This document shows positions 26,999-40,571 of a DNA stretch of 64,000 nt, piece after piece (position 1 is the first letter of the stretch; every line of letters starts with the position of its first letter). The DNA comes from Candidatus Berkelbacteria bacterium (GTDB lineage: Bacteria > Patescibacteriota > UBA1384 > DTJR01), in assembly GCA_026397175.1 (NCBI GenBank), contig JAPLVK010000013.1, positions 8,232 to 72,231 on the forward strand, in the 5' to 3' direction. The notes under the pieces were generated by a model, which saw nothing but the letters and a program-made list of their open reading frames with translations, was not told the DNA's origin and searched no databases. The position numbers and the translations under genes are program-made.

Positions 26999-29900
26999 AT
27001 GAAGACAAAAATTAGTTCGCAAGGAATCGAAAAAAATAGAATTAGTTTTTCAAAGGACCATGTCAAAGTTGAGCTACCGAATTTAATAGAAATCCAAAAA
27101 TCGTCTTATAATTGGCTTTTCAAGGAAGGCCTTCGGGAACTTCTAAATGAGATTAGTCCGGTAGATGATTTTACGGGCGAGGCAATGCGGCTTGAATTTG
27201 GTGAATATGCGCTAAGCGAACCAAAAGTTGACGAACTGACCGCAAGAAATAGAAATTTAACTTTTAAAGCACCCTTGATGTGCGAAGTTCTTTTGACGAA
27301 CAAAATAACTTCAAAGAAAAAGGTCTCGAAGGTTTTTCTCGGCGACTTTCCCGTTATGACAGACAGAGGAACCTTTATTATTAATGGTATCGAGAGGGTT
27401 GTTGTTTCGCAAATTGTAAGAAGCTACGGTGTAATTTTTATTTCCGAGGACTTGGCCGGTAAGAAGTATTTTGGCGCAAAGTTAATTCCGAGCAGAGGTG
27501 CCTGGCTTGAATTTGAAACATCAAACAAAGGTGTTATTTCGGTTAAGGTTGACAGAAAAAGAAAAATTCCGGTTACAACTTTCCTAAAGGCCTTGGGAAT
27601 GGAGTCAGACGCTCAAATTTTAAAGACATTTTCGGATGTTGACGATAATGCCGATACAAAATATATAGAGCAAACACTTCAAAAGGACTTAGCCAAGGAT
27701 CGCGACAGCGCGTTAATCGAGGTCTACAAAAGAATAAGACCTGGCGATTTGGCAACGGCCGAGGCCGCGAAGGTATTTTTGGACGCATTGTTTTTTAACC
27801 CAAAAAGATACGATTTGGGGCGCGTTGGAAGATATAAAATCAATCGTCGCCTAGGTGTTAATATTAAGGAAAATTCCGAGGGAAGGGTTTTGAGAATAGA
27901 TGATATTATTGCGATTATCAAAGAAATTATTCGCTCAAATAATGATCCTATGGCTGAGCCGGATGATATTGACCATTTAAAAAACAGAAGGGTTCGCGCA
28001 GTTGGAGAGCTCGTGCAATCACGATTAAGGGTTGGATTTTTGAGAATGGAGAGAATTATCAAAGACAGGATGAGCGTTGTGGAGACCGAGAACGCCACTC
28101 CGGCCCAGCTCGTCAACTCAAGACCGATTGTCGCTGTTTTGCAAGAATTTTTTGCATCATCGCAAATGTCGCAGTTTATGAACCAAACAAATCCGCTTGC
28201 GGAGCTTGAACATAAAAGAACTTTGTCGGCAACCGGACCCGGTGGATTGTCTCGCGAAAGAGCGGGCTTTGAGGTTCGGGATGTTCACCAATCGCATTAT
28301 GGTAGAATTTGCCCGATCGAAACACCGGAAGGACCCAATATCGGGCTGGTTGGGTATTTGGCATCATTTGGAAAAGTTAACGAATATGGGTTTATCGAAA
28401 CGCCGTACCTTGAAGTCGAAAAAGTAAACGGGAAACCAAGAGTTACTAAAAAGATTGTTTATTTAGACGCATCAGACGAGGAAAAAACAACAATCGCGCC
28501 GGCCTCGACCAAAAAAGACGATAAAGGTTTTATTTTGGGAAATAGGATTCCGGTGAGAAAATTTGGTTCACCTTCGATCGAATCCGTTAGCACAATTGAA
28601 TATATGGATGTTTCGCCCAAACAAATTGCGTCAATTACGGCGGCACTGATTCCTTTTATTGAACACGATGATGCTGTTAGGGCAAATATGGGATCAAATA
28701 TGCAGAGGCAGGCAGTTCCTGTTATTTGTCCTGATTTTCCAACTGTCGGTACCGGTATGGAAGAAGACGCCGCAAAATCATCCGGGCATGTGGTTCAATC
28801 CCCTGTTGACGGGGAAGTAGTAGAGGCCTCGGCTGATAGAATCGTTGTTCAAGATAAGAAAAAACAAAGATCAAATATCCAATTAAGCAAATTTACTCGT
28901 TCAAATCAAGGGACATGTATCAACCAAAAAATATTGGCAAACCAAGGAGATCAAGTTAAGCCGGGTGATGTCCTTGCCGATGGGCCGGCCACCGCTCAAG
29001 GTGGCTTAGCTCTTGGAAAAAATATCCTCGTTGCTTTTATGAGCTATAGGGGTGGAAATTACGAAGACGCAATTATTATCTCGGAGCGACTCGTAAAAAA
29101 AGATGTATTATCTTCAATCCACATCGAAAAATATTCCATAGAAGTCAGAGATACAAAGCTTGGGCCGGAAACAATCACCAGAGATATTCCAAATGTAGGT
29201 GAAGAAGCCCTATCAAATCTGGATGGCGAAGGAATTATACGCATCGGAGCGGAAGTCGAAGCCGGAAACATTTTGGTAGGTAAAATTTCACCAAAAGGAG
29301 AAACCGAGCTTTCAGTCGAAGAAAAACTCCTTAGGGCAATTTTTGGAGAAAAAGCAAAAGATGTTAAGGATTCTTCTTTGCGGTTGCCGCATGGCGAAAA
29401 AGGCAAGGTAATTGAAGTAAAACTTTTCTCAAAAGACGCAAACGATGAACTCCCGGAAGGTGTCAGCCAAATGGTTGAGGTCTCTGTCGCACAACTTAGA
29501 AAAATTTCAGTTGGCGACAAACTAGCCGGAAGACATGGTAACAAAGGTGTTATTTCTATGATCTTGCCGCAAGAAGACATGCCCTATATGGAAGATGGAA
29601 CACCGGTTGATATAATTCTTAATCCGCTTGGCGTTGTGTCCAGAATGAACCTTGGTCAGATTCTTGAAACACACCTGGGACTCGCGGCGGCAAAACTCGG
29701 GTTTCAAGTTGCTACGCCGGTTTTTGACGGAGTTCCAATTTCAAAGATCAAGGAATTATTAAAAGAAGCAAATTACGACGAAGATGGAAAGATGGTTTTG
29801 TATGATGGAAAAACCGGAGAGCCGTTTGGTTCGAGAATCACTGTCGGCTACATGTATATATTAAAACTTGCTCACCTTGTTGACGATAAAATGCACGCCA

Positions 29901-30430
29901 GATCTGTCGGGCCGTATTCGATGGTTACACAGCAGCCACTTGGTGGAAAAGCGCAATTTGGGGGGCAGCGATTCGGAGAGATGGAGGTCTGGGCGCTCGA
30001 GGCATATGGTGCCGCTCACATCTTGCAAGAAATGCTAACGATTAAATCAGATGATGTATTGGGAAGATCCAAGGCCTATGAATCAATTATCCGTGGCGAA
30101 AAAATCGAAAGGCCATCAGTTCCGGCGTCGTTTAATGTACTGGTAAGAGAGCTACAGGGTCTTGGTTTGTCGCCTGAAATGATCGGGGTCGAAATACCCG
30201 TAGATAATTTCGACGAAGATAAACCGAGGGAATATATTAGACCAAATGTCGGGAACAATGCTAATAAAATTGAAGAAGTAAAAGAAGAAGTAAAAGAAGA
30301 AATTAAGGAAGAAATTAAGGAAGAAATAATCCCCGTGGAAGAAAAAGAAGATAGGGAACTAACCGAGATATTTGCCGGACAAGAAGAAAATCCACCAAAA
30401 GTAGAAATTACGGAGGAGGAAAATGCCTAA
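26999..30430 (+). CDS. rpoB: RNA polymerase beta subunit with an acidic tandem-repeat C-terminal tail
   Basis: conserved beta-subunit regions throughout. Confidence 0.98.
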   Translation: MKTKISSQGIEKNRISFSKDHVKVELPNLIEIQKSSYNWLFKEGLRELLNEISPVDDFTGEAMRLEFGEYALSEPKVDELTARNRNLTFKAPLMCEVLLTNKITSKKKVSKVFLGDFPVMTDRGTFIINGIERVVVSQIVRSYGVIFISEDLAGKKYFGAKLIPSRGAWLEFETSNKGVISVKVDRKRKIPVTTFLKALGMESDAQILKTFSDVDDNADTKYIEQTLQKDLAKDRDSALIEVYKRIRPGDLATAEAAKVFLDALFFNPKRYDLGRVGRYKINRRLGVNIKENSEGRVLRIDDIIAIIKEIIRSNNDPMAEPDDIDHLKNRRVRAVGELVQSRLRVGFLRMERIIKDRMSVVETENATPAQLVNSRPIVAVLQEFFASSQMSQFMNQTNPLAELEHKRTLSATGPGGLSRERAGFEVRDVHQSHYGRICPIETPEGPNIGLVGYLASFGKVNEYGFIETPYLEVEKVNGKPRVTKKIVYLDASDEEKTTIAPASTKKDDKGFILGNRIPVRKFGSPSIESVSTIEYMDVSPKQIASITAALIPFIEHDDAVRANMGSNMQRQAVPVICPDFPTVGTGMEEDAAKSSGHVVQSPVDGEVVEASADRIVVQDKKKQRSNIQLSKFTRSNQGTCINQKILANQGDQVKPGDVLADGPATAQGGLALGKNILVAFMSYRGGNYEDAIIISERLVKKDVLSSIHIEKYSIEVRDTKLGPETITRDIPNVGEEALSNLDGEGIIRIGAEVEAGNILVGKISPKGETELSVEEKLLRAIFGEKAKDVKDSSLRLPHGEKGKVIEVKLFSKDANDELPEGVSQMVEVSVAQLRKISVGDKLAGRHGNKGVISMILPQEDMPYMEDGTPVDIILNPLGVVSRMNLGQILETHLGLAAAKLGFQVATPVFDGVPISKIKELLKEANYDEDGKMVLYDGKTGEPFGSRITVGYMYILKLAHLVDDKMHARSVGPYSMVTQQPLGGKAQFGGQRFGEMEVWALEAYGAAHILQEMLTIKSDDVLGRSKAYESIIRGEKIERPSVPASFNVLVRELQGLGLSPEMIGVEIPVDNFDEDKPREYIRPNVGNNANKIEEVKEEVKEEIKEEIKEEIIPVEEKEDRELTEIFAGQEENPPKVEITEEENA

Positions 30431-33400
30431 TCAAACGACTTTAAAAGCCGCTAAGGAAATGTTTGTCAGGGACTTTGATAAAATCAAGTTGACCGTTGCC
30501 AGTCCCGAAGAAATTCTTGAATGGTCTTATGGGGAAATCACCAAACCAGAGACCATAAACTACAGAACTCAAAAACCGGAACGGGATGGGCTTTTTGACG
30601 AAAGGGTTTTTGGGCCCGTTAAGGATTGGGAGTGTTATTGCGGAAAATACAAAAAAATCAGATATAAAGGTGTGATTTGCGACCGTTGCGGAGTAGAAGT
30701 TACGAGAAGTTCAGTCAGACGAGAAAGAATGGGGCACATGCAACTCGTTGTTCCTGTTGTTCATGTTTGGTATATCCGTGGGGGGGGTGGCGTGATCGGA
30801 TCGGTTTTGGATATGACGGTTTCGGATATCGAGTCGGTTTCGTACTTTGCCGCTTATGTAATCCTAGAAGTAGACGAGCAGTTGAGAAATGAAGCACTCG
30901 AGCAATTAAGCAAAGAATATGAAGAAGCAAAAAAAAGCTCGGAATTTAAAAATAATCCGATTGCTCTTCAAAAACTTGAAGCGATCTATAAAAACTCAAA
31001 ACAAGAGTTAACTCAACTGGTATCAAAAAAAGTGCTTTCTGAATCCGAATTCACTTCAATCTCATTAAAATACGGACAAGTTGCAAGGGTCGGTATCGGA
31101 GCAGAAGCGATTTTAGAGCTTCTTAAAAATGTGGATCTTGATAAGCAAGTTGAGGACCTAACCCAAAAACTTGAAAATCAGGTTACCGCCAACAGGAAAA
31201 AGATTTTGCGATCCCTTAAATTATTTAAGGATATGAAACTGGCCGGTGTAAAACCGGAATGGTTGATATTGAGAAATCTACCTGTTATTCCACCGGATCT
31301 TCGACCGATGGTGCAGTTGGACGGCGGGAGATTTGCGGCATCTGACTTAAATGACCTTTACAGGAGAGTTCTTAATAGAAATAACCGCCTAAAGAAACTT
31401 TTGACAGCTGGAGCGCCGGAGGTAATTTGTAGAAATGAAAAAAGAATGCTTCAAGAAGCAGTTGACGCGCTTCTTGATAATAATGCCAGACGCGGTAAGG
31501 TTGCGGTCGCAGGAAATCAGAGAAAATTAAGGAGTTTATCTGATATTTTGCGAGGAAAGCAAGGAAGGTTTCGCCAAAACTTGCTTGGGAAAAGAGTTGA
31601 CTACTCTGGAAGATCAGTTATTGTTATCGGACCTGACCTAAAATTGAGCCAATGTGGAATTCCAAAAGTAATGGCGTTAGAGCTCTTCAAAACATTTGTT
31701 ATTGCCAAGCTTATTGCTGACGGTTATGTTTACAATGTTAAAAATGCCACAAAAATGATCGAGCAAAAAGACCCGATTGTTTGGGATATTCTGGAATTAG
31801 TTACCGCAAAACATCATGTCATGTTAAATAGAGCACCGACTCTTCACCGCCTTGGAATTCAAGCATTTGCTCCGGTGTTAATTGAAGGAAAGGCAATTCA
31901 GATTCATCCGTTGGTTTGTCAGGCTTTCAACGCCGACTTTGATGGAGACCAAATGGCAGTTCATGTTCCGCTTTCGGATAATGCCAGAAAAGAAGCCGAG
32001 GAGATTATGCTTTCGTCAAAAAATCTCTTAAAACCAGCGTCGGGTGAACCAATTTCTACCCCTCGATTTGACATGATTTTGGGCTGCTTTTATATCACTG
32101 ACATAAAGAGCGATGAGCAAAATCCGAGATCATTTTCCGGAAAAAACGAAGCTATTATGGCATGGCAAACCGGAAATATCGACTTGAGAACTAAAATAAG
32201 AATGAAGACAGAAGATAATATCTCCGAGTCCGACTCTGAAGTTTTAGACAAAGGCGAATACCAGATGGTTGAAACATGCGTCGGAAGAATTATCTTTAAC
32301 AATATTCTTCCCGAAGAGATAAGATTTATTAACAAAACAATCGATGGTAAAGCCATGAAAGCCATCATTGCAAAGGTCTTCAAGGATTATGGTTCAAAAG
32401 AAACCGCAGAATTACTTGATAGAGTAAAGTCCCTAGGATTTGAGCATGCTACATTGTCGGGCTTATCAATTGGGATGGATGACATTGTCATACCTGACGA
32501 AAAGGTTGAAATTGTTGCAAAAACAAATGCAAAAAACGAAGAAATTGAGACGCTGCTTAAAAGAGGTCTTATAACACCCGAGGAAAAACGGCTTAAGATT
32601 ATCGATTTCTGGAATGATGCACGATCACAAATCGAAAAAAACATGCTCAAATGTTACAGCAAAGACAATCCGGTAAATGTTTATGTTACATCCGGAACAA
32701 GGGGATCTGTGGCACAGTTGACTCAAATGGCGGGCATGAAGGGTCTTGTTGTGAACCCGGCGGGTGAAATTATCGAAATTCCGATAGTTTCAAATTACAA
32801 AGAAGGTCTTACGGTTTTCGAGTATTTTATTTCATCTCACGGTTCCAGAAAAGGAAGATCGGATACTTCACTTCGAACATCAGATGCAGGATATTTAACC
32901 AGAAGGTTAGTAGATGTTGCTCAAGAAGTTATCGCGAGAGAGACCGACTGTAAGACAAAAGAAGGGCTTGAGGTTATAAGAGGTGAGTCGGAATCGTTTG
33001 GGGAATCGTTCTCCGAAAGAATTAACGGCAGAGTTGCTCTTAATGATATTAAGATCAAAAACAAAGTTATTGTGAAAGAAAACGAAGAAATTACTAAGGA
33101 AATTGCCGAAGAAATAGAAAAAAGTGATCTCCCTTGCGTTTTCGTCAGATCCGTCACATATTGCCAAACAAAACACGGTGTTTGCCAAAGGTGTTACGGA
33201 CGAGATCTCGGAACCGGTAAACTAGTCGAATTAGGTGTGGCGGTTGGTGTTATTGCCGCTCAAGCTATTGGTGAGCCGGGAACGCAGCTAACAATGAAAA
33301 CATTCCATCTTGGAGGTGTCACAGGGGAAGACATTACATCGGGTCTACCTCGAGTTGAGGAATTGTTCGAAGCCAGACGACCTAAATTTGAAGCACCAAT

Positions 33401-34217
33401 TTCTGAAATTGACGGTCTTGTACATGTCAGTAAAGGTAGAGAGGGAAATATTGTCAATATTACTTCGGATGAAGAAATGTCTGAAAAGTTTGAGGTTCCC
33501 GCTGGCTATGAGGTTGTTGTCAAAGACGGCGATGAGATAAAGGCGAAAAAAGCCGTTGCGGTTTCAAAAGATAAAAAAGCAATCAGATCTTCAATTGCCG
33601 GTTTGGTTTCGATAACTAAAAGCGAAATAGCAATAAGGTCGAAAGACAAGCTGTCTGTTGAGTATATTGTTAACCCCGGATTATCACTTTCGGTCAAGAG
33701 CGGAGACAAAGTAACTCGCGGGCAAATTTTGGCTGAAGGCCATTTGAATTTATCATCTATTTTGCAACTTAAGGGTAAGCAGGAAGTTGTGAAGTACATA
33801 ATCAGAGAGACCAAAGCGATCTATTCATCTCAAGGGCAGTCCATTAACGATAAACACCTTGAGGTCATCATCCGACAAACGCTATCGAAGTTTAGAGTTG
33901 TGGATGAAGGTGGAAGCGAGCTTGTTCCGGGCCAGATTATCGATCAAATTGAGCTTGAAAGAGAAAACAAAAAACTTTCCAGTTCCAAGAAAACATTGGT
34001 TACAACCGAACCGATAATTATGGGTGTAACGAGGGTTGCTCTAAAAACAGAAAGCTTCTTGTCGGCTGCGTCTTTTCAGGAAACAACAGGGGTCTTAATT
34101 AACGCTGCGATTAGAGGAGCCGAAGACAACCTAAGGGGATTGAAAGAAAATGTAATTATTGGTAAACTAATTCCCGCAGGAACCGGTATGAACTTCAAGA
34201 AAGAAAAATCTAAATAA
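30423..34217 (+). CDS. rpoC: RNA polymerase beta' subunit
   Basis: NADFDGD catalytic motif and zinc-binding cysteines. Confidence 0.98.
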   Translation: MPNQTTLKAAKEMFVRDFDKIKLTVASPEEILEWSYGEITKPETINYRTQKPERDGLFDERVFGPVKDWECYCGKYKKIRYKGVICDRCGVEVTRSSVRRERMGHMQLVVPVVHVWYIRGGGGVIGSVLDMTVSDIESVSYFAAYVILEVDEQLRNEALEQLSKEYEEAKKSSEFKNNPIALQKLEAIYKNSKQELTQLVSKKVLSESEFTSISLKYGQVARVGIGAEAILELLKNVDLDKQVEDLTQKLENQVTANRKKILRSLKLFKDMKLAGVKPEWLILRNLPVIPPDLRPMVQLDGGRFAASDLNDLYRRVLNRNNRLKKLLTAGAPEVICRNEKRMLQEAVDALLDNNARRGKVAVAGNQRKLRSLSDILRGKQGRFRQNLLGKRVDYSGRSVIVIGPDLKLSQCGIPKVMALELFKTFVIAKLIADGYVYNVKNATKMIEQKDPIVWDILELVTAKHHVMLNRAPTLHRLGIQAFAPVLIEGKAIQIHPLVCQAFNADFDGDQMAVHVPLSDNARKEAEEIMLSSKNLLKPASGEPISTPRFDMILGCFYITDIKSDEQNPRSFSGKNEAIMAWQTGNIDLRTKIRMKTEDNISESDSEVLDKGEYQMVETCVGRIIFNNILPEEIRFINKTIDGKAMKAIIAKVFKDYGSKETAELLDRVKSLGFEHATLSGLSIGMDDIVIPDEKVEIVAKTNAKNEEIETLLKRGLITPEEKRLKIIDFWNDARSQIEKNMLKCYSKDNPVNVYVTSGTRGSVAQLTQMAGMKGLVVNPAGEIIEIPIVSNYKEGLTVFEYFISSHGSRKGRSDTSLRTSDAGYLTRRLVDVAQEVIARETDCKTKEGLEVIRGESESFGESFSERINGRVALNDIKIKNKVIVKENEEITKEIAEEIEKSDLPCVFVRSVTYCQTKHGVCQRCYGRDLGTGKLVELGVAVGVIAAQAIGEPGTQLTMKTFHLGGVTGEDITSGLPRVEELFEARRPKFEAPISEIDGLVHVSKGREGNIVNITSDEEMSEKFEVPAGYEVVVKDGDEIKAKKAVAVSKDKKAIRSSIAGLVSITKSEIAIRSKDKLSVEYIVNPGLSLSVKSGDKVTRGQILAEGHLNLSSILQLKGKQEVVKYIIRETKAIYSSQGQSINDKHLEVIIRQTLSKFRVVDEGGSELVPGQIIDQIELERENKKLSSSKKTLVTTEPIIMGVTRVALKTESFLSAASFQETTGVLINAAIRGAEDNLRGLKENVIIGKLIPAGTGMNFKKEKSK

Positions 34218-34222
34218 AAACA

Positions 34223-34642
34223 ATGCCGACAGTTAATCAATTAATAAAAAAAGCAAGACGGAAGGTCGTCTCAAAAAGCAAAAGCCCCGCTTTGGCTAAG
34301 AATTTTAATTTTCTGAAGAACAAACCGACAACAGTTCAAAAGTCGAATCCATTCAAAAGGGGCGTTTGTACCAAAGTTACGACAATGACACCCAAAAAAC
34401 CAAACTCGGCCTTAAGAAAAATTGCAAAAGTCCGGCTTACGAATGGCCAAGAAGTTACCGCATATATTCCGGGAATCGGCCATAATCTTCAAGAGCACTC
34501 GGTGGTTTTGTTAAGAGGCGGAAGAGTAAAGGACTTGCCGGGTGTCAGATATCATGTCGTTCGAGGCAAACTTGATACTCTGGGTGTTGATAAAAGGAAA
34601 AGATCACGAAGTAAATACGGCGTAAAAAAAGGAAAAAGTTGA
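34223..34642 (+). CDS. rpsL: 30S ribosomal protein S12
   Basis: [10 protein letters not shown]... Confidence 0.95.
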   Translation: MPTVNQLIKKARRKVVSKSKSPALAKNFNFLKNKPTTVQKSNPFKRGVCTKVTTMTPKKPNSALRKIAKVRLTNGQEVTAYIPGIGHNLQEHSVVLLRGGRVKDLPGVRYHVVRGKLDTLGVDKRKRSRSKYGVKKGKS

Positions 34643-34643
34643 T

Positions 34644-35120
34644 ATGAGAGGCAAAGCAAAATTCAAAAAGAAAGTAATTGAACCTGATAATCGGTTCAAA
34701 TCGGTATCAGTCAGTAAGTTTATTAACTGTATAATGCAAAGAGGTAAGAAGGATGTCGCAAGGACTATCGTTTACGACTCTTTGGATTTGGCTTCGAAGA
34801 CCGTCAAAAAAGAACCGTTGGATATATTCAATTTGGTAGTTCAAACCGTTGCGCCGTCTGTCGAGGTAAGATCAAAAAGAATTGGTGGGGCAAATTATCA
34901 AATTCCCACCGAAGTGAAAGAACCTCGAAGAACGGCCCTAGCGATGAGATGGATCATAGAGGCGGCTAAGACAAGACACGGACAGCCGATGTATAAGCGA
35001 TTGGCGCAAGAATATCAAGATATAATTGCAGGGACAGGTTCGGCGCTTAAAAAACGCTCCGATGTCCACAAAATGGCAGAAGCAAACCGTGCTTTTGCTC
35101 ACTTTGCCAAAATGCGATAA
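34644..35120 (+). CDS. rpsG: 30S ribosomal protein S7
   Basis: conserved S7 sequence. Confidence 0.95.
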   Translation: MRGKAKFKKKVIEPDNRFKSVSVSKFINCIMQRGKKDVARTIVYDSLDLASKTVKKEPLDIFNLVVQTVAPSVEVRSKRIGGANYQIPTEVKEPRRTALAMRWIIEAAKTRHGQPMYKRLAQEYQDIIAGTGSALKKRSDVHKMAEANRAFAHFAKMR

Positions 35121-35176
35121 TTGGTGCGCAAGATCGTCGGGGTGGTAATTTTGAAGTTGAAGATAATTTAACAAAT

Positions 35177-37276
35177 ATGCCAAGAGAATATACGCTCGAA
35201 AAAACTAGAAATATTGGAATAATCGCTCATATCGATGCCGGAAAAACCACGGTAACGGAGCGAGTGCTTTTCTATACCGGTAAAAAGCACAAAATTGGAG
35301 AAGTTCACGAAGGTCAAGCCGAAATGGACTGGATGGAACAAGAAAAAGAACGAGGAATTACCATCACTTCTGCGGCCACAACTTGTTTTTGGACCCCAAG
35401 AGGGGACGAGGCAAACAAAACGAGAATTAATATTATTGACACCCCCGGACATGTTGATTTCACAGTTGAAGTGGAAAGATCATTGAGGGTCTTGGATGGA
35501 GGAGTTGTTGTTTTTGATGGCGTCGCAGGTGTCGAGCCACAATCGGAAACAGTTTGGCGACAAGCGGAAAAATACAGAGTGCCCAGGATTTGTTTTATTA
35601 ATAAACTTGACAGGACAGGTGCCGATTTTTATCGTTCATATGACTCGATTTTAGAAAAACTTGGAGCAAATGCAGTACCTGTTCAAATCCCAATGGGGCA
35701 TGAAGAAAAATTAAAAGGTCTAATTGATTTAATTGATCAGAGAGCTTTCTTTTACGAAGATGACCTGGGTCAAGATGTAAAAGAATCGGATATTCCGGAT
35801 GAATATAAGGATGATGCATCAAAATGGAGAAATAAACTTGAAGAAAAAGTTGCAGAGACAGATGAGGATTTACTAAATAATTATTTAGAAAAAGGCACTT
35901 TATCAGCTTTGGAAATTAGACAGGGATTAAGGCAAGCAACTATAAAAAATGAGATAGTGCCCGTGTTGTGCGGTTCTGCCTTAAAAAACAAAGGTGTTCA
36001 ACTTCTGCTTGATGCTATTGTTGATTATCTGCCAAATCCGCTTGATGTTGAGCCGATGAAGGGGAAGTTAGTTGATAACGATGAAGAAATTGTTATTGAA
36101 ACCTCGGACGAGCAACCATTTTGCGCACTTGCTTTCAAAATAGCGACAGACCCGTTTGTCGGACGATTAAGTTATATTCGGGTTTATGCGGGCATATTAA
36201 AATCAGGGAGCTACATTATCAATACTACAACAGGAGAGAAAGAAAGGGTTGGCCGAATTTTAAGGATGCACGCTAATCATCGCGAAGAAGTTGAAAGTGT
36301 TTATTCCGGTGAAATTGCTGCAATAGTTGGACTTAAAAACACCACAACCGGAAATTCACTTTGCGACCAAGCGCGACTAGTCAAGCTTGAGTCAATAGTA
36401 TTTCCCGATCCTGTCATTGAAATTGCGATTGAACCTAAAACCAAAGCCGATCAGGCCAAAATGGGAATTGCACTGCAAAAACTGGTCGAGGAAGATCCAA
36501 CTCTTAGAGTCAGGACTAATCAGGAGTCAAATCAGACATTAATAGCCGGAATGGGCGAATTACATCTTGAAATTATTGTTGATCGGATGAAAAGAGAATT
36601 TAATGTCGAAGCCAATGTTGGAGACCCTCAAGTCGCATATAGAGAAACGGTTCTCGAAGGGTCAAAAGCAGAGGGTAAATTTATCAGGCAAACCGGTGGG
36701 CGCGGACAGTACGGCCATGTTTTCTTGGAAATCGCTCCACGCGAGCAAGGACAAGGTAATGAGTTCATAAACAAAATCTTCGGTGGATCAATCCCAAGAG
36801 AATTTATACCTGCTTGTGAGGACGGGGTTAATCAGGCGCTAAACAGAGGTGTGATCGCCGGTTATCCACTCGTTGATATTTCTGTAACTTTATACGACGG
36901 ATCATATCATGATGTTGATTCTTCGGAGTTGGCATTTCAAATCGCTTCATCAATGGCCCTACAAGAGGCCGTTAAAAGAGCCAAGCCCGTGATTTTGGAG
37001 CCGATAATGAAGGTAGAGGCGGTAACACCCGAAGAATTTATGGGTGATGTTTTGGGTGATTTAAACTCAAAAAGAGGACAAATCGGAGTAGTTGAGGATA
37101 GGGGAAATGCCAAGGTTATTCCGGCGGAAGTTCCACTTTCCCAAATGTTTGGCTACGCTACTTCTTTGAGGTCAATTACCCAAGGACGAGCAAGTTACAC
37201 AATGGAGTTTTTGAAATATCAAATCGTTCCAACCAATATTGCTAATGTAATCATAGAGGGAAAAAAGACAAATTAA
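35177..37276 (+). CDS. fusA: elongation factor G
   Basis: [18 protein letters not shown] motifs. Confidence 0.97.
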   Translation: MPREYTLEKTRNIGIIAHIDAGKTTVTERVLFYTGKKHKIGEVHEGQAEMDWMEQEKERGITITSAATTCFWTPRGDEANKTRINIIDTPGHVDFTVEVERSLRVLDGGVVVFDGVAGVEPQSETVWRQAEKYRVPRICFINKLDRTGADFYRSYDSILEKLGANAVPVQIPMGHEEKLKGLIDLIDQRAFFYEDDLGQDVKESDIPDEYKDDASKWRNKLEEKVAETDEDLLNNYLEKGTLSALEIRQGLRQATIKNEIVPVLCGSALKNKGVQLLLDAIVDYLPNPLDVEPMKGKLVDNDEEIVIETSDEQPFCALAFKIATDPFVGRLSYIRVYAGILKSGSYIINTTTGEKERVGRILRMHANHREEVESVYSGEIAAIVGLKNTTTGNSLCDQARLVKLESIVFPDPVIEIAIEPKTKADQAKMGIALQKLVEEDPTLRVRTNQESNQTLIAGMGELHLEIIVDRMKREFNVEANVGDPQVAYRETVLEGSKAEGKFIRQTGGRGQYGHVFLEIAPREQGQGNEFINKIFGGSIPREFIPACEDGVNQALNRGVIAGYPLVDISVTLYDGSYHDVDSSELAFQIASSMALQEAVKRAKPVILEPIMKVEAVTPEEFMGDVLGDLNSKRGQIGVVEDRGNAKVIPAEVPLSQMFGYATSLRSITQGRASYTMEFLKYQIVPTNIANVIIEGKKTN

Positions 37277-37347
37277 GTTGACGATTTTGTTGACTTCTGG
37301 TAACATAGTTAGAAGATAAAAAGAAAATAAAGAAAGAGGAGATAAAA

Positions 37348-38532
37348 ATGGCAGAAAAATACGAGAGAACAAAACCGCATGTCAATGTAGGTACAATCGG
37401 TCATGTTGATCATGGCAAGACCACTTTGACTGCTGCAATTACACAGGTTTTATCCAAAAAAGGAATGGCCGAAGCCAAAAAGTTTGAAGATATTGATAAT
37501 GCTCCGGAAGAAAAAGAAAGAGGCATTACAATTGCAACTTCTCACCAGGAATATGAGTCGGAAAAAAGACACTATGCTCATGTTGATTGCCCTGGCCACG
37601 CCGACTATGTTAAAAACATGATCACCGGTGCTGCTCAAATGGACGCAGCAATTTTGGTTGTCTCGGCTGCCGATGGCCCAATGCCTCAAACCAGAGAGCA
37701 TATCTTGCTTGCAAACCAAGTGGGGGTTCCGACAATTATTGTGTTCTTAAACAAAGTAGATCAGGTCTCGGATAAAGAACTGCTTGATTTAGTCGAAATG
37801 GAAATCAGAGATCTTTTGACTAAATATAATTACAAGGGTGACGAAGTTCCGAACATCAAGGGATCAGCTTTGAAAGCACTAGAGGGAGATCCTGAAGCTG
37901 AAAAAGCGATTTGGGAGCTAATCAAGGCAATGGACGATTATATTCCCGAACCAAAAAGAGATATTGACAAGCCATTTCTTATGCCAGTTGAAGATGTATT
38001 CTCGATCAAAGGACGAGGGACAGTTGCAACCGGTAGAATTGAAAGAGGAATTGTCAAAGTTAACGATGAAGTTGAAATTGTCGGAATAAAACCAACAAAG
38101 AAAGTTGTTGTTACCGGTGTAGAAATGTTTAGAAAGCAACTCGATGAAGGCCAGGCCGGCGATAATGTTGGTGTATTAATTAGAGGAATCGAGAGAGAAG
38201 ATATCGAGAGAGGCCAGGTTTTATCGAAACCCGGTTCGGTAACTCCCCATACGGAATTTGAAGCAGAGGCCTATATCTTGAGCAAAGATGAAGGTGGCCG
38301 ACATTCGCCATTTACTAAGGGTTATAAACCACAGTTTTACATCAGAACCACGGATGTAACCGGAGAAATTACAGAACTGACCGGTGGCGCTGAAATGGTA
38401 ATGCCTGGCGACACCGTCCAGGTAAAAGTCAAATTGATCGTTCCGGTTGCGATGGAAGAGCAGATGAAGTTTGCAATCAGAGAAGGTGGAAAAACCGTTG
38501 GAGCTGGTGTGGTTACGAAAATCATCAAGTAA
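37348..38532 (+). CDS. tuf: elongation factor Tu
   Basis: [18 protein letters not shown] motifs. Confidence 0.97.
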   Translation: MAEKYERTKPHVNVGTIGHVDHGKTTLTAAITQVLSKKGMAEAKKFEDIDNAPEEKERGITIATSHQEYESEKRHYAHVDCPGHADYVKNMITGAAQMDAAILVVSAADGPMPQTREHILLANQVGVPTIIVFLNKVDQVSDKELLDLVEMEIRDLLTKYNYKGDEVPNIKGSALKALEGDPEAEKAIWELIKAMDDYIPEPKRDIDKPFLMPVEDVFSIKGRGTVATGRIERGIVKVNDEVEIVGIKPTKKVVVTGVEMFRKQLDEGQAGDNVGVLIRGIEREDIERGQVLSKPGSVTPHTEFEAEAYILSKDEGGRHSPFTKGYKPQFYIRTTDVTGEITELTGGAEMVMPGDTVQVKVKLIVPVAMEEQMKFAIREGGKTVGAGVVTKIIK

Positions 38533-38542
38533 GCCCTATCTT

Positions 38543-38860
38543 ATGGCTAATCAAGCAAAACAGAGAATTAGAATAAAAATCAGGGGCTACGACTACAGAA
38601 TCCTTGATAAATCAGTCAAACATATCATTGACACCGTCGAAAGATCCGGTGCAAAGGTTATAGGCCCGATTCCTCTTCCGACTGAAATAAAGAAGATGAC
38701 GGTGCTTAAGTCAACCTTTGTGCATAAGGATGCGCGAGATCAGTTTGAGGTAAGGGTTCACAAAAGGGTGCTAGATGTGGTTGAGCTTACGAACAGAACA
38801 ATTGACCAATTGATGAATATAGAATTACCGGCTGGAGTTGACATAGAAATTAAGACATAA
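38543..38860 (+). CDS. rpsJ: 30S ribosomal protein S10 (start trimmed to MANQAKQRIRIK)
   Basis: conserved S10 sequence. Confidence 0.9.
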   Translation: MANQAKQRIRIKIRGYDYRILDKSVKHIIDTVERSGAKVIGPIPLPTEIKKMTVLKSTFVHKDARDQFEVRVHKRVLDVVELTNRTIDQLMNIELPAGVDIEIKT

Positions 38861-38965
38861 GGTATCTGAACAACCTTCAATCAAAAATTGATTGAAGGCG
38901 TGTAGATAACTTAATTAAATTTATCTCGAATAATTTCTCTAAAGTAGAGGGATTTCGAGGGTTAG

Positions 38966-39577
38966 TTGAATATGAAGGTTTTTGCAAATAAGATTGGGAC
39001 AACGCATATATACGACGAAAAAAACAATCATAAAATCGTTACGGTTTTACAGTTAAGAAAAACAACCGTTGAAAAATTGAAAACAAATGATTCGGACGGC
39101 TACTGTGCTTTGGTCTTCGTCGAATCGGATCCGAAAATAAAATCAAAAAAACCGGTCCAGGGACAGTTTAAAAATGTTGTTAACCCAAGATACATAACCG
39201 AAGAAAGAGTTAGTGAGGAAAAAATACAGGAAGCAAAAATTTCAGATGAGTTAAGAGTGGATGGTTTTAATATTGGAGACAAGATTACTGTTGTTAGTAA
39301 AACAAAAGGCAAGGGATTTCAAGGCACTATAAAACGACACAGTTTTAACACCGGTCCCAAAACACACGGATCACACAATTACAGACAACCGGGGTCAATT
39401 GGTGCGACATATCCCGAAAGAACACTAAAGGGCAAAAAAATGGCGGGACACATGGGAAATGTGGTACATACACAAAAGAATAAGATGGTCGTGAGAGTAG
39501 AGCAAGAATTGAATAGAATTTGGATTAATGGGCATATTTCGGGTGCCAATAAATCAAGATTGTTAATTACAAAATGA
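38966..39577 (+). CDS. rplC: 50S ribosomal protein L3
   Basis: KGKGFQGTIKRH... Confidence 0.93.
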   Translation: MNMKVFANKIGTTHIYDEKNNHKIVTVLQLRKTTVEKLKTNDSDGYCALVFVESDPKIKSKKPVQGQFKNVVNPRYITEERVSEEKIQEAKISDELRVDGFNIGDKITVVSKTKGKGFQGTIKRHSFNTGPKTHGSHNYRQPGSIGATYPERTLKGKKMAGHMGNVVHTQKNKMVVRVEQELNRIWINGHISGANKSRLLITK

Positions 39578-40200
39578 AATTAAAAATTCCCACATATAAA
39601 TTTTCAGGCGAAAGCGTCGAAGACACCGTCATCGAGATAGATGATCGCTTTTCGAAAATTAATAATTTATTGTTAGCACAGGTTTGCCGTGTTGAAGACA
39701 ACAGGAATTTTCCAAAACCAGGGGCCACAAAAACCAAGGGGCTAATTTCCGGTGGCGGCAGAAAGCCGTTTAAACAAAAAGGGACGGGACGGGCAAGAGC
39801 TGGTTCGAATAGATCACCGTTATGGCGAGGCGGTGGAATAACTTTTGGTCCAACCTTCCAAAACCGACGACTTGATATTCCTGCTAAAATGAGGAAAATT
39901 GCTTTCCTGCAGGTGTTTGTCAACAAAGCCATATCAAAAGATCTGGCCATTATAGAGACGATCGAATCACAAACCAACAAAACAAAGGATACTGCAATCT
40001 TGCTAACAAAGATTTCGCCAGATAATAAAACAATTACCGTTGCCTTAGAAAAAGAAAATTTTAAACATTTTAGAAATATTGTTTTAAACGATTGTAAAAT
40101 TTTAGATCAACTTTTAATTTCCGATTTGATGAAAGACAGTAAAATCATATTTTCAAAAGATGCCTTTTTGAATCTTAGCGAAAGGTTTAAACAAAAATGA
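39574..40200 (+). CDS. rplD: 50S ribosomal protein L4
   Basis: KGTGRARAGS. Confidence 0.93.
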   Translation: MKLKIPTYKFSGESVEDTVIEIDDRFSKINNLLLAQVCRVEDNRNFPKPGATKTKGLISGGGRKPFKQKGTGRARAGSNRSPLWRGGGITFGPTFQNRRLDIPAKMRKIAFLQVFVNKAISKDLAIIETIESQTNKTKDTAILLTKISPDNKTITVALEKENFKHFRNIVLNDCKILDQLLISDLMKDSKIIFSKDAFLNLSERFKQK

Positions 40201-40571
40201 TTAATATCAGACCTTATATTACAGAAAAATCCGTAAAAATGGCTCAAAGCGAGCAGTTTACCTTGATAGTGCCACAAGACGCGACAAAAATGCAAATCAA
40301 GGAAGCGGTAATGTGTTTCTTTAAAATTAAACCTGTTAGAGTACTGACTATTAAAAAGACCCAGTTGAACAGAATAAAACTAAGAAGGAAGTCATTGGAT
40401 AGAGGGTTTAAAAAAGCAATAATTGTATTGAAAAAAGGTGAAAAAATTCCCGGGTTTGAAATTGTGTCAAACGAAAATGCAGATAAAAAGAAAGAATTAA
40501 AAAATACTAACAAGATTGTTAAAACCACTTCGAAAGACAAAAATAAAATAGAAAATGTTAAAAACAGTTAA
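40197..40571 (+). CDS. rplW: 50S ribosomal protein L23 with a Lys-rich C-terminal extension
   Basis: conserved L23 sequence. Confidence 0.9.
   Translation: MINIRPYITEKSVKMAQSEQFTLIVPQDATKMQIKEAVMCFFKIKPVRVLTIKKTQLNRIKLRRKSLDRGFKKAIIVLKKGEKIPGFEIVSNENADKKKELKNTNKIVKTTSKDKNKIENVKNS

Noticed and set aside
29059-29580. 173-aa antisense ORF inside rpoB (and similar antisense ORFs inside rpoC, uvrA, hsdR, leuS)
   Set aside because: They are embedded antisense in highly conserved genes; Ser/Pro-rich translations are typical of reverse-strand artefacts.
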